A stretch of DNA of 62,754 bases from a virus (lineage: Duplodnaviria; Caudoviricetes). The position numbers and the translations under genes were made by a program. Position 1 is the stretch's first letter; the number at the start of each line of letters is the position of its first letter. The notes beneath the pieces were generated by a model. It ran no database searches, had not been told where the DNA came from, and was given only the letters and a program-made list of their open reading frames with translations. Shown piece by piece: positions 54,413 to 62,754 of this stretch. The stretch covers positions 1 to 62,754 of the IMG/VR virus record IMGVR_UViG_3300020472_000024, one strand, 5' to 3'.

Positions 54413-54972
54413 TTTGTTTTATCCATAATAGTCTGTGCTATTGCTTCTTTAGAATTACCTTCTGCTTTAATTTTTATTAACTCGTCTTTATAATAATCTA
54501 AAAGTGGTGCTGTTTCTTTTTCAAATACTTTCAATCTAGTTTTTATAATCTCTGGTTTATCGTCTGCTCTACCTCTAGCAGTTAATCTTTTAATTACTTC
54601 TTCTTCCGATACATCAAGGTAAACAACATAATCATATTCAATACCTTTTTCTTCCATTGCTTTTGCCTGTTCAATGTTTCTAGGAAAACCGTCAAAGATA
54701 TAACCTTTTTGTGCGTCTGGTTTTTCTAATCTATCTAATACAGCATTAATAACAATATCAGTAGGTGCAAATTTACCTTTTGCTAATAAATCTTTTACTT
54801 GATCGTTAGTCTTTGCTAACTTTCTCATCATATCACCAGTATATATGTGTGGTATGTTAAGTTTCTTTGTTATAATTTCCGAGTAAGTAGATTTACCTGA
54901 TCCAGGTCCACCAATCATAATGATTCTTTTTCTACCTAATGCCTCAAATATATAATCTTTAAAACTTTTCAC
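54409..54972 (-). CDS. adk: adenylate kinase (short-lid type)
   Basis: GGPGSGKST, TGDMMR, YIFDGFPRNIEQA, RGRADD, RL.VF..ET.PL. Confidence 0.92.
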   Translation of the reverse strand: MKSFKDYIFEALGRKRIIMIGGPGSGKSTYSEIITKKLNIPHIYTGDMMRKLAKTNDQVKDLLAKGKFAPTDIVINAVLDRLEKPDAQKGYIFDGFPRNIEQAKAMEEKGIEYDYVVYLDVSEEEVIKRLTARGRADDKPEIIKTRLKVFEKETAPLLDYYKDELIKIKAEGNSKEAIAQTIMDKTK

Positions 54973-55259
54973 TAATCCTCAACATCACTTCCTGATCGCC
55001 ATTGATAACAACTCCAGTATCTTGCTTTCCATTTAGGTCCTGGGTTATCACAATTATGTCTTGCTCTAAATGACGCTCTCCTCTCATCACTATCTCTTTT
55101 AATTTCCATATTAGGATCGCCAAAAGTTACCTTAACTACATTGCCTGATCCATTCTTAACATAAACACCAAACTTTTTTGAATTGCCTGAAGGCAATCTG
55201 AAAGGTTTGTTTAATTTCTTATTTTCTTTTTCTTCTATAAATTGTTTTAATGATTTCAT
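54972..55259 (-). CDS. small basic conserved phage protein (DUF6321-like)
   Basis: KKFGVYV, VTFGDP, RRASFRARH.C, ARYWSC. Confidence 0.75.
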   Translation of the reverse strand: MKSLKQFIEEKENKKLNKPFRLPSGNSKKFGVYVKNGSGNVVKVTFGDPNMEIKRDSDERRASFRARHNCDNPGPKWKARYWSCYQWRSGSDVED

Positions 55260-55263
55260 TTTT

Positions 55264-56484
55264 TTATCCTTTTACCCAATCTTTGGCGATAGTAAAGTTT
55301 GCTCTACTAAACTCTAATCTATCTACCAGTTTAACTGCACCTGCTTTTTTATCTACTGCAACAAATCCTTCTGGATTAGTTACTCTATAACCATTAGGTG
55401 TTCTAATAAAATGTCCTATTGATTGTATCTGCGATAATTTTTGTATTAAAAAATTCTTTGCATTTCCTAAACTTACGTGTGAAGCAATAGCAAAATACAA
55501 AGCATTTCTATTTCTATCTATAAATTTTAAATTTGTTTCTAATGCTTCTTTATATTTTTGTTTACCTTTTTCAGTTTTTCTAGCACTAATTTCTGTTCTT
55601 AAAATTTGTTCATAATATTCTCTAAACATATCTTGTAAAGTTTTAACCTTACCCATATGTCCTTGTGTGTTTCTAATGTAATGATTGAAAAATGATTTTA
55701 GTCTAAACCCTACTGATAAAGGATCGTTTGATTTCATTTGATTTAATAATGGACCTGCCTTAATTAAAGACCCTTGTGCCATTCTTATTAGTCCATCAAA
55801 CCTAGATAATTCTCCAGAAGTAAATGTAGATGATCCAGATGTATCAGTATAACCTGCACTTGCTAAATAAACTGCCGTTGATCCTGAAGTACCTCGTATT
55901 GTTCCAAACCCAGCAGATAAACTATCCATAGTTTTACCTGAATAGAAAGTATGAAATACAATTCCTATTCTTGCTCTGGATATTCTTCTACCTAACTTTG
56001 AAGAAGTTGGTACTGCATATGTTATAGTGTTAGGTGTAAAAGTTATCATCTTTTCACCATCTATACTTGCCATTTTCAAATCACTTTTTGTGAATAACAA
56101 ATCACCTTGATAGACACCTCTTATGCCTAATCTTTTTAAATCTCTTAAACACGCCATTAATTTCATTGCAACAGGACCAGAGTGATTTCTGCTTATGTCG
56201 CCAGGTGTGTAATTTATTTTAGGTGTTTTGTTGAAGACTGATTTTGTACCGACAAAGAATTTGCCGTTCTCAGGATTTGTGCCACAGATTATGGCAGGAG
56301 CGCCGTCCCATTTAACAGACATATTAACTCGTCCGCTAGCAGAACCAGCCAGCATATTTCTTACTGACTTTAAAAAATTTATTGCATTCTCTCCACCTTT
56401 TGAACCACGATTTATTATATCGTCTTCTAGGTGTTCTAGGTGCGTATTCTTTTCTGTGGTAATGAAACCTTTAAAACTAAACAT
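55264..56484 (-). CDS. ATP-dependent polynucleotide (RNA) ligase-like protein (DUF6267-like)
   Basis: KWDG (motif I), YQGDLLF (III), PEGFV (IV), VKLVDR (V). Confidence 0.65.
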   Translation of the reverse strand: MFSFKGFITTEKNTHLEHLEDDIINRGSKGGENAINFLKSVRNMLAGSASGRVNMSVKWDGAPAIICGTNPENGKFFVGTKSVFNKTPKINYTPGDISRNHSGPVAMKLMACLRDLKRLGIRGVYQGDLLFTKSDLKMASIDGEKMITFTPNTITYAVPTSSKLGRRISRARIGIVFHTFYSGKTMDSLSAGFGTIRGTSGSTAVYLASAGYTDTSGSSTFTSGELSRFDGLIRMAQGSLIKAGPLLNQMKSNDPLSVGFRLKSFFNHYIRNTQGHMGKVKTLQDMFREYYEQILRTEISARKTEKGKQKYKEALETNLKFIDRNRNALYFAIASHVSLGNAKNFLIQKLSQIQSIGHFIRTPNGYRVTNPEGFVAVDKKAGAVKLVDRLEFSRANFTIAKDWVKG

Positions 56485-56543
56485 TTATTCTCCAATTTAT
56501 CCATTAATATAATCATCACTTCCCCATAAACAAATCATACTAC

Positions 56544-56551
56544 TATTTATA
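56544..56551 (-). promoter_or_regulatory. T4-type late promoter heading the ligase-kinase-NTase block
   Basis: TATAAATA about 60 nt upstream of the ATG at 56484. Confidence 0.7.
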
Positions 56552-57911
56552 CTATTTTTAGTCCAGATGTAGTTATAAACAAAGACTTGCCTTTCCAACC
56601 ACCTGCTGCTCTAGTTCTACAAGTTACTGGCATTTTAACACTAAAACTCTTGTATTTAAAAAACAATTTAAAAGATTGACCTTTATTGTCATAATCAAAA
56701 TTAATATTTTTTAATTCACTAGATTTTTTAACTGATAATATGTTCTTTAAATCACTATCAGCAGATACATCTTTCATAATACTCGGTCCTTGTTCTTTAC
56801 CTATTAATAATTTGTAAGGACAAGGTGTACTTTTAACTCTAGGATCCTCGTAAGTATAAAAGAAAATTGTATTTAAAAAGTACATTAAGTTATCTGGTTT
56901 CTTTAAAAAGTTACCTAGATTTTTTATTACATTGTTTCTAAAAGGATAATAAAAACCTTCAGCATAAAAATCTAATTTTTGTGATCTGAATATAGTAGCA
57001 AGTTCACCAAAACTTTTTGCTGAAGCACTTTCACTATACTTTTCTTTTCTAATATCAAAATTTTTTAATGCACCTAATATTAATTTTTTATCTTTAGGTA
57101 TTTCTTTTTCTGCTTGATCCCAAGCAGTATCTATCATAGTACAAACATTTTTTAATTGTTTTGTATCTTCTAACTTACCAAAGTAGGCATACATATTTGT
57201 ATTAAATTTTGGCGTTTCATCTTTACCTTCTGAAATTTTATTTGAGTATCCTTGATAGTCTCCTTTTTTAAGTTCAACAACTACATCTGATGGATTTTTA
57301 TCTGATACTCCTGGTGGTTTACCTCTAGGACACCAATATACTTTGTAAGGTTTTTTACCACCTATATCTTTATTAATAGCAATAGCATTATTAAATCCTA
57401 TTTTAATATCTCTTTCAGCAGTTTCATCTTTATCTATTAGTTCAGCAAGTTGTTCATAAGATACTTCATCTACTCCACCACTACTTGGATTTAAAACACC
57501 TGTACCTTTTCTACCAAATTTAGAAACATCACTTTCTAGTTTGTTTGAATAAGTGTTAGGACTATACTTGTTGATTAGAAAAAATACAGAAAGAATTTCG
57601 TTTACATTGGAAGAAGCAGTCGTATCTTTACGACCTTTCATACCATAATGACCTGTAATATCTGATTTTCTTATTGTGATAAAATATTTTAAATCTGTTT
57701 GTTTATTAAAGACTTGAAATATAAATTTGCCATTTGTGGTTAATAATAGTGTGCCTCTTCCATTATCAACATTTTTGTAAAGTAATTCGGTAATACCTTT
57801 TACTTTTCTATCTTTTAATAATTTGCTTACCTTTTGATCTACTGCTTTTTGTAAAGTGTAGTAAGGATTTAAAACATTTTTCTGTTTATAATAGGGCGAT
57901 ACGGTTACCAT
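56547..57911 (-). CDS. large hypothetical protein, possible PD-(D/E)XK-type nuclease
   Basis: NVNE...PSDVVV.....GYSNK pattern. Confidence 0.5.
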   Translation of the reverse strand: MVTVSPYYKQKNVLNPYYTLQKAVDQKVSKLLKDRKVKGITELLYKNVDNGRGTLLLTTNGKFIFQVFNKQTDLKYFITIRKSDITGHYGMKGRKDTTASSNVNEILSVFFLINKYSPNTYSNKLESDVSKFGRKGTGVLNPSSGGVDEVSYEQLAELIDKDETAERDIKIGFNNAIAINKDIGGKKPYKVYWCPRGKPPGVSDKNPSDVVVELKKGDYQGYSNKISEGKDETPKFNTNMYAYFGKLEDTKQLKNVCTMIDTAWDQAEKEIPKDKKLILGALKNFDIRKEKYSESASAKSFGELATIFRSQKLDFYAEGFYYPFRNNVIKNLGNFLKKPDNLMYFLNTIFFYTYEDPRVKSTPCPYKLLIGKEQGPSIMKDVSADSDLKNILSVKKSSELKNINFDYDNKGQSFKLFFKYKSFSVKMPVTCRTRAAGGWKGKSLFITTSGLKIV

Positions 57912-57916
57912 ATCAC

Positions 57917-57947
57917 TATTTATATACTATTATAAAGAGAATGTCAA
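57917..57947 (-). promoter_or_regulatory. composite sigma70-like + late promoter
   Basis: gcTTGACA-17-TATAAA(TA); ATG 5 nt after TATAAATA. Confidence 0.7.
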
Positions 57948-58207
57948 GCACGAGTCCATAGGAATCTTGGTATACCACCACTATTTTCCCATACACGGTT
58001 CTTATTTTGAAAGTCTGCTAGTTTCTGTGCGTCTTCTTCAAAGAAGTATTCCGAAACAGCATTTTTAGTAGGGTGTTCTATAACTTGCCAGACAAATTTA
58101 CGACCTCTTTTTTTCATCTTAACTTTATAAGATAATTTAGGATACTCTTTATCTGATCTAGGTTTTCTATCACCTCTATGGAATCTCACTTTTTGTTTTT
58201 TAGGCAT
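57944..58207 (-). CDS. conserved hypothetical protein
   Basis: FFEEDA, GGIPRFL motifs. Confidence 0.7.
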   Translation of the reverse strand: MPKKQKVRFHRGDRKPRSDKEYPKLSYKVKMKKRGRKFVWQVIEHPTKNAVSEYFFEEDAQKLADFQNKNRVWENSGGIPRFLWTRA

Positions 58208-59648
58208 TGTATATTTCCTTTATTGCTTGTTTGTGAGTAATTAAATCCCAACTAGCAATTTCAGCATTTCGTTGAGATTCAAATAAGTCTAATTTTGATA
58301 TTATTTTTTCATCTAATTTTAAATATTTTTCTTTTATAATATCTCTATTAATCATATCTAGTCCTTCTAATAAGACTACAAAGTGTTGTGGTTGAAATAA
58401 AACGTATCCACTATCATTAACTAAATCATCAACAGCAGGTAATCTAGTTTTCCATAAATGTAATTTCTCTGCTAAACTATCAGGTATATCCATTTCTTTT
58501 ATGTCTTGCCAAAATTTAGAATCTTTTCTAGGAGTAATATAATGTAATGCTACAAAATCTCTAATGTTATTATTAATACTTGTAATACTTTTATTATACC
58601 ATTTAATAGTATGTTCATTATAGTTTAATATATTTTGACTTAAAACATATGCTGATTGAATAGAAGAACCAATTGAGGATGCCTCTAAAGGTTCTATAAA
58701 GTTAGCACTTAAACCAACTGCAACACAATTTTTAATCCAAGTATCTTTTAAAGCACCTGGATCAAACTTAATATGTTTCTTAACATCTATTTCATATCCT
58801 AATTCTTTTTCAACTTCTTCTTTTGCTTGCTCTGGTGTTATATAACTACCATCAAAAATATATCCATTACCGTGTCTACCTTGTACAGGTATTTTAAATC
58901 TCCAACCATACTTCATTGCTTTTGCTAGTGTCCACATATTATAATTGTCTTCGTCACCAGTTGGAAATACAATAGCGGAATTCATTTTTAAATACTTGTC
59001 ATATGATTCCCACTCAGCACCTAGTTTATTGATTAACAATTTTTTAAATCCTGTACAATCAATATAGAAATCTGCATTGTAAGTATTGTCTTTACTTAAA
59101 ACTTCTTTTATACTTCCGTCTTCTTGTAATTTTACATCTGCTATTTCGTCATCTGTAATAGTAATGTTTCTTTCAATACACTTTTCTTGCAACCAAGTAT
59201 TTAATTTATGAGTATCAAAATGAAATTGAGCAGTTACTATTGATTTTAAAAGTTTTGCAGGGTACATACTATTTTTAATATGTTTATCAGCAGGACAATT
59301 TCCATCATTAATTAACTTATGATAATATATAAAGTCACCTGAATTTTTAATTGCTTGCATTTCGTATGATACGGTATTAAGATAATCTGGAGTTCCCCAA
59401 TCTTTAAAATTTATACCAAATTTAAAAGTAGCACCACAATGTTTTATTAATGACTCTTTCTTCTCACCAATATATGCTAAAAAATCTGACCAATGTTCAG
59501 TAGAACCTTCACCTACACCTATAATTCCTACCTTATCTGATTTTACAATATCAATATTAAGTTGTGGATATTTTGTTTTTAATATTAATGCTGTAACTAA
59601 ACCTGCTGTGCCAGCGCCTACAACTAATATTGAATCAACTTTATTCAT
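58200..59648 (-). CDS. flavin-dependent (tryptophan-halogenase-like) halogenase
   Basis: GAGTAG, GVGEGST, TFKFGI.F.DW, IDCTGF, GWRFKIP, GLS..FIEPLEASSI. Confidence 0.9.
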   Translation of the reverse strand: MNKVDSILVVGAGTAGLVTALILKTKYPQLNIDIVKSDKVGIIGVGEGSTEHWSDFLAYIGEKKESLIKHCGATFKFGINFKDWGTPDYLNTVSYEMQAIKNSGDFIYYHKLINDGNCPADKHIKNSMYPAKLLKSIVTAQFHFDTHKLNTWLQEKCIERNITITDDEIADVKLQEDGSIKEVLSKDNTYNADFYIDCTGFKKLLINKLGAEWESYDKYLKMNSAIVFPTGDEDNYNMWTLAKAMKYGWRFKIPVQGRHGNGYIFDGSYITPEQAKEEVEKELGYEIDVKKHIKFDPGALKDTWIKNCVAVGLSANFIEPLEASSIGSSIQSAYVLSQNILNYNEHTIKWYNKSITSINNNIRDFVALHYITPRKDSKFWQDIKEMDIPDSLAEKLHLWKTRLPAVDDLVNDSGYVLFQPQHFVVLLEGLDMINRDIIKEKYLKLDEKIISKLDLFESQRNAEIASWDLITHKQAIKEIYNA

Positions 59649-60159
59649 TTTTTCCCCAAGTATTAAAACTTAAAACTGCTCTGTCTTTACTTTTATTAAT
59701 ACTATCTCCTGAACCGTGCATTAAATAACTCGGCCACATTAACATCAATCCTGTTGTAAGTGTCATTTCTTTAGTTTCTTCTGTTGAAGGATTTTTAAAA
59801 ACTAACTTGCTACTATGTTCATCTGCTTTTAAAACTACAATGCCAGAGATAATTGAACCAGGATGATTGTGATATTTTAATGTACTATCTTCACCTTGTA
59901 TATTAATCCAAGAGTCTTGCATTCTTTGATTAGGTATGTAAACTTCGTTCATAATTTTATCTTCTATATCTTTATGATAGTCTAAAATATAAGAGTTGCC
60001 TCCCATATTAATATATGTTGTTTTAGCGTTGCCTTTAAAGTAATCATACTGCCCTAAATCTTTTGGATTAATACTATTAATTATTTTATCTATTTCTGTA
60101 TCATTTAAAAAATTATATTTTTCATATATATCTATTGTAAAAATAGTTTTCTTTCTCAT
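59641..60159 (-). CDS. 2OG-Fe(II) oxygenase (TIGR02466-like)
   Basis: SWIN, HNHP.S.ISG, WPSYLMH, R..LSFN. Confidence 0.85.
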   Translation of the reverse strand: MRKKTIFTIDIYEKYNFLNDTEIDKIINSINPKDLGQYDYFKGNAKTTYINMGGNSYILDYHKDIEDKIMNEVYIPNQRMQDSWINIQGEDSTLKYHNHPGSIISGIVVLKADEHSSKLVFKNPSTEETKEMTLTTGLMLMWPSYLMHGSGDSINKSKDRAVLSFNTWGKNE

Positions 60160-61529
60160 CATACTTTAAAATCTGAAAACTTGTCGTAAGGATTTTCTAC
60201 TTTAAGATCAGGTTCTTTTCCTTTATCTACTATATTTTGTGCTTGATTATCAACATCATATAGTTTCATTTTTGCTCTATCTACACCTACAATAAATGAT
60301 CTGAACATAGCAGGATCATTATATCTATTCTTTAATTGTTTAACTTTCATTTGACCTAGTTGTTCTAGTTCTTCATTTGATTGTAAAGCAAACATAAAGT
60401 CAGCAGTTGCAGGCAAACCAAAAGACTCTGCCGTATCTTCTAATCCAATATCTGTACTAACGAAACCAGTTCTAGTAGTTTGTGTTGCACTAAAAATTGG
60501 TACATCAAATTCTACAGCAAGACCTCTTAATTCTTCTGCAATTGCTTTTATGTAAAAGTAAGATGATATATTACCACCTTTGAATCTGGCACTAGCACAT
60601 ATGTTAAGATAATCTATGAAGACAACATCTGGTCTAAAACTTTTCTTTAGTGCTAGTTCATTAAACAATGCTCTAAAGTGTCCACTATGAGCAGACGCAG
60701 TTGGATATTCTTTAATAATTAATTGACCGTTTGTTTTGTTTTTAACTTTTAATATTTTAGAATCATACAAGTCTTTTGGTAATGCGTGTAGATCATCTAT
60801 TGTTGTGTCTAATAAGTTGGCGTCTATTCTTTCAGCAATTCTTTCTTCTGCCATTTCTAAAGTAATATACAATACATTTAAACCTTGTGCCAAATAAGCA
60901 CTAGCACAATGACACATAAACAAAGACTTACCTACACCTGTACCTGCAAGAGCAATGTTTAATGTCTTACTTGGTACACCACCTTTTGTAATTCTATTGA
61001 AGTAACTTAAATCAAATTGATACTTCTTCTCTTTTGTATGATAATATTTAAATCTGGATTCTGCGTCTTGTATATAATCGTGTCCTATATGATTATCAAA
61101 ACTTACTGCTAATGCGTCTGCAAGAATACTAGGTATTGCCTCTGGTGTTTTGTCTTTAGATTTACCATCTAAAATTTTAATACCGTCTAATACTGCATTG
61201 TGAACAGCACGATCTTTACAAAATTTTTCAGTTGTATCTAACAACCATTTGTTATCAACATCTTCAGGATTAAGTGTAGATAATAATTCTTTTACTATTT
61301 TATTTTCTTCTTCGTTAATATCTTTTCTATTATTAAGTTCAATTAATATAGTTTCTTTTGTAGGTAAATTTTTATATTTCTGTACAAAGTTATCAATCTC
61401 TTGGAATAAAATCTTTTCTTCTCTTTTAGGAAAATAAATTTCGTTTACAAAAGGTAAAACCTTTCTAGTGTAATCTTCATTGAAGATAAGATTTCTTAAT
61501 ATTGTTTGTTCTATTCTTTCGTTATTCAT
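60159..61529 (-). CDS. 41: replicative helicase gp41
   Basis: LAGTGVGKSL, TLEMAEERIAERIDAN, IDYLNIC, ATQTTR, ESFGLPATAD, QLKNRYND. Confidence 0.97.
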   Translation of the reverse strand: MNNERIEQTILRNLIFNEDYTRKVLPFVNEIYFPKREEKILFQEIDNFVQKYKNLPTKETILIELNNRKDINEEENKIVKELLSTLNPEDVDNKWLLDTTEKFCKDRAVHNAVLDGIKILDGKSKDKTPEAIPSILADALAVSFDNHIGHDYIQDAESRFKYYHTKEKKYQFDLSYFNRITKGGVPSKTLNIALAGTGVGKSLFMCHCASAYLAQGLNVLYITLEMAEERIAERIDANLLDTTIDDLHALPKDLYDSKILKVKNKTNGQLIIKEYPTASAHSGHFRALFNELALKKSFRPDVVFIDYLNICASARFKGGNISSYFYIKAIAEELRGLAVEFDVPIFSATQTTRTGFVSTDIGLEDTAESFGLPATADFMFALQSNEELEQLGQMKVKQLKNRYNDPAMFRSFIVGVDRAKMKLYDVDNQAQNIVDKGKEPDLKVENPYDKFSDFKV

Positions 61530-61531
61530 AA

Positions 61532-62080
61532 TTAAATGTAATGTAGATAACTTCCTACTATATATTTTGGTTGTTTAATTGGTTTATGTCCTATATGTTT
61601 ATAGTTCCACATAGGAGGAAACATTAATAATCTGCCAGTTTTTGGTTGTACTTTCATATCATATTCAGGAAAGGATGTATGACCACCTTCATTATCTTTT
61701 AAATATAAAAAGAACACAAGAAATCTTTTGGCACTAGCATAGTCCATAACATCTACGTGTTCCTGAAATTCATCTACATTATTAACTTCATATTTTTTAA
61801 AACGGATTTGTTCAAACCCAAATTTTTCTGGCCATTGTTTGACTTTATCTATATTATTATCTTTCATATACTTGTCAACATATGGTCTTAATGTTTTGTA
61901 TATTATATCAACGTACTCTTGCCAATCTTCATTTGAATTAATATTGATTTCTGTAAAAGACCTATGATCTTTTAATTCTGTTTTCATCCATTGTTGTTTT
62001 GAATCTTCAAACTTGTCAATCAAGTGTTGACATTGTTTTGGTTTTAATACATCATCATATACAGAAATATAATTACTCAA
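61532..62080 (-). CDS. 2OG-Fe(II) oxygenase (prolyl-hydroxylase-like)
   Basis: HVD, R.L...LYL....GG.T.F, FPP.W...H, KY. Confidence 0.88.
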   Translation of the reverse strand: MSNYISVYDDVLKPKQCQHLIDKFEDSKQQWMKTELKDHRSFTEININSNEDWQEYVDIIYKTLRPYVDKYMKDNNIDKVKQWPEKFGFEQIRFKKYEVNNVDEFQEHVDVMDYASAKRFLVFFLYLKDNEGGHTSFPEYDMKVQPKTGRLLMFPPMWNYKHIGHKPIKQPKYIVGSYLHYI

Positions 62081-62384
62081 TTGGATCTCCTCTTTTCAAC
62101 TTCTCATCTAAAAATTTTATTAACATATCACCAATATAGTCTATAAACTCTTTATTGTCAAGGTCCGTTTCGTGTGGATTAAAAATTATATCGTAATCAA
62201 ACTTCATAGATTTAGTACCATCTGGATTTTCTTCTTTTCCAAATCCAACTTTACCATATTTAAATATAACACCTTTGTACGGTGGTTGTAATAACTTTAT
62301 ACTAGTAAAGTCATCACCTTCTCGTTGTACAAAAGCGTATTTTTTATTCTTCGTCTGATCCGTAGGAGAATTTTCTTTTGGCAT
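62073..62384 (-). CDS. 40: gp40-like head vertex assembly protein
   Basis: Position between uvsX and 41; [16 protein letters not shown]. Confidence 0.6.
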   Translation of the reverse strand: MPKENSPTDQTKNKKYAFVQREGDDFTSIKLLQPPYKGVIFKYGKVGFGKEENPDGTKSMKFDYDIIFNPHETDLDNKEFIDYIGDMLIKFLDEKLKRGDPIE

Positions 62385-62754
62385 ATTCATCAATCTTATC
62401 TAATGTTTCTTTTGTAAAATATTTTTCAGGTTCTGTATTGATTGACTTACCAAAAACTTTAGAACCATCAGGCATTTCATATCTTGTAGATACTTTTTTA
62501 AATACACCTGCTTGTTCGCCAAGTTCTAAAAGACCATAGTATTTGTCTAGTCCTTTTTTGTAAGTAAGTCTTACGTCTATCATAGCGTTTTCTTTTGTTA
62601 ACCTTGATTTATAATTTTTACAATGAATTACATTACCTATCACTTCTGTGCCTTCTTTTTCTTTTCGTTTAGAAAGATAGATGATTGATGAAGCAGCGTA
62701 TTTCAAACCTGAACCGCCACCCATTTCTTTTTGTGGAAACATAGAACCAATAAC
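62344..62754 (-). CDS. uvsX: UvsX recombinase (C-terminal part; starts outside window)
   Basis: [37 protein letters not shown]. Confidence 0.95.
   Translation of the reverse strand, partial: VIGSMFPQKEMGGGSGLKYAASSIIYLSKRKEKEGTEVIGNVIHCKNYKSRLTKENAMIDVRLTYKKGLDKYYGLLELGEQAGVFKKVSTRYEMPDGSKVFGKSINTEPEKYFTKETLDKIDEYAKRKFSYGSDEE

Noticed and set aside
51636-54972. Known NAD+ reconstitution pathway (NARP1/NARP2)
   Set aside because: No PRPP-synthetase-like or nicotinamide phosphoribosyltransferase gene is visible; only a HIGH NTase of unknown substrate
1163-61437. Plus-strand ORFs and short nested minus-strand ORFs in the supplied track
   Set aside because: They overlap well-supported minus-strand genes, lack RBSs and read as antisense or frame shadows
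1-62754. Cellular (bacterial) origin suggested by csg, adk, rmlB and tmRNA
   Set aside because: These genes are embedded among T4 core genes (32, 59, 33, rnh, 61, 41, uvsX) with T4 late promoters and uniform strand and composition

Overview
AT-rich fragment of a T4-like myovirus genome, with essentially every real gene on the minus strand. Its host is most likely a marine alphaproteobacterium of SAR11/Pelagibacter type, inferred from a permuted two-piece tmRNA, alpha-type LexA-box motifs and the pelagimyophage-like gene set. Read in transcription direction (right to left), the window holds: uvsX (partial), gp40, gp41 with interleaved 2OG-Fe(II) oxygenases and a flavin halogenase; a late-promoter block of predicted internal head proteins carrying T4 capsid-targeting-like N-termini, including a ligase-like enzyme, two kinases and an NTase/HIGH-NTase fusion; a spanin/holin-like lysis block; a late operon csgF-csgG-curlin-FecR-CHASE2 adenylate cyclase; primase, nrdAB and a RuvC-like nuclease; a roughly 9.5 kb glycan-modification island; an early region of small and envelope proteins with conserved sigma70-like, often leaderless, promoters; rnh, tmRNA, peroxiredoxin, gp33, gp59 and gp32 (partial). 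The best candidates for undescribed systems are (1) the curli-secretion/trans-envelope cAMP signalling operon, (2) a putatively virion-packaged RNA/nucleotide repair enzyme kit, and (3) LexA-box-like composite early promoters. All family assignments come from reading motifs by eye; no database searches were run.
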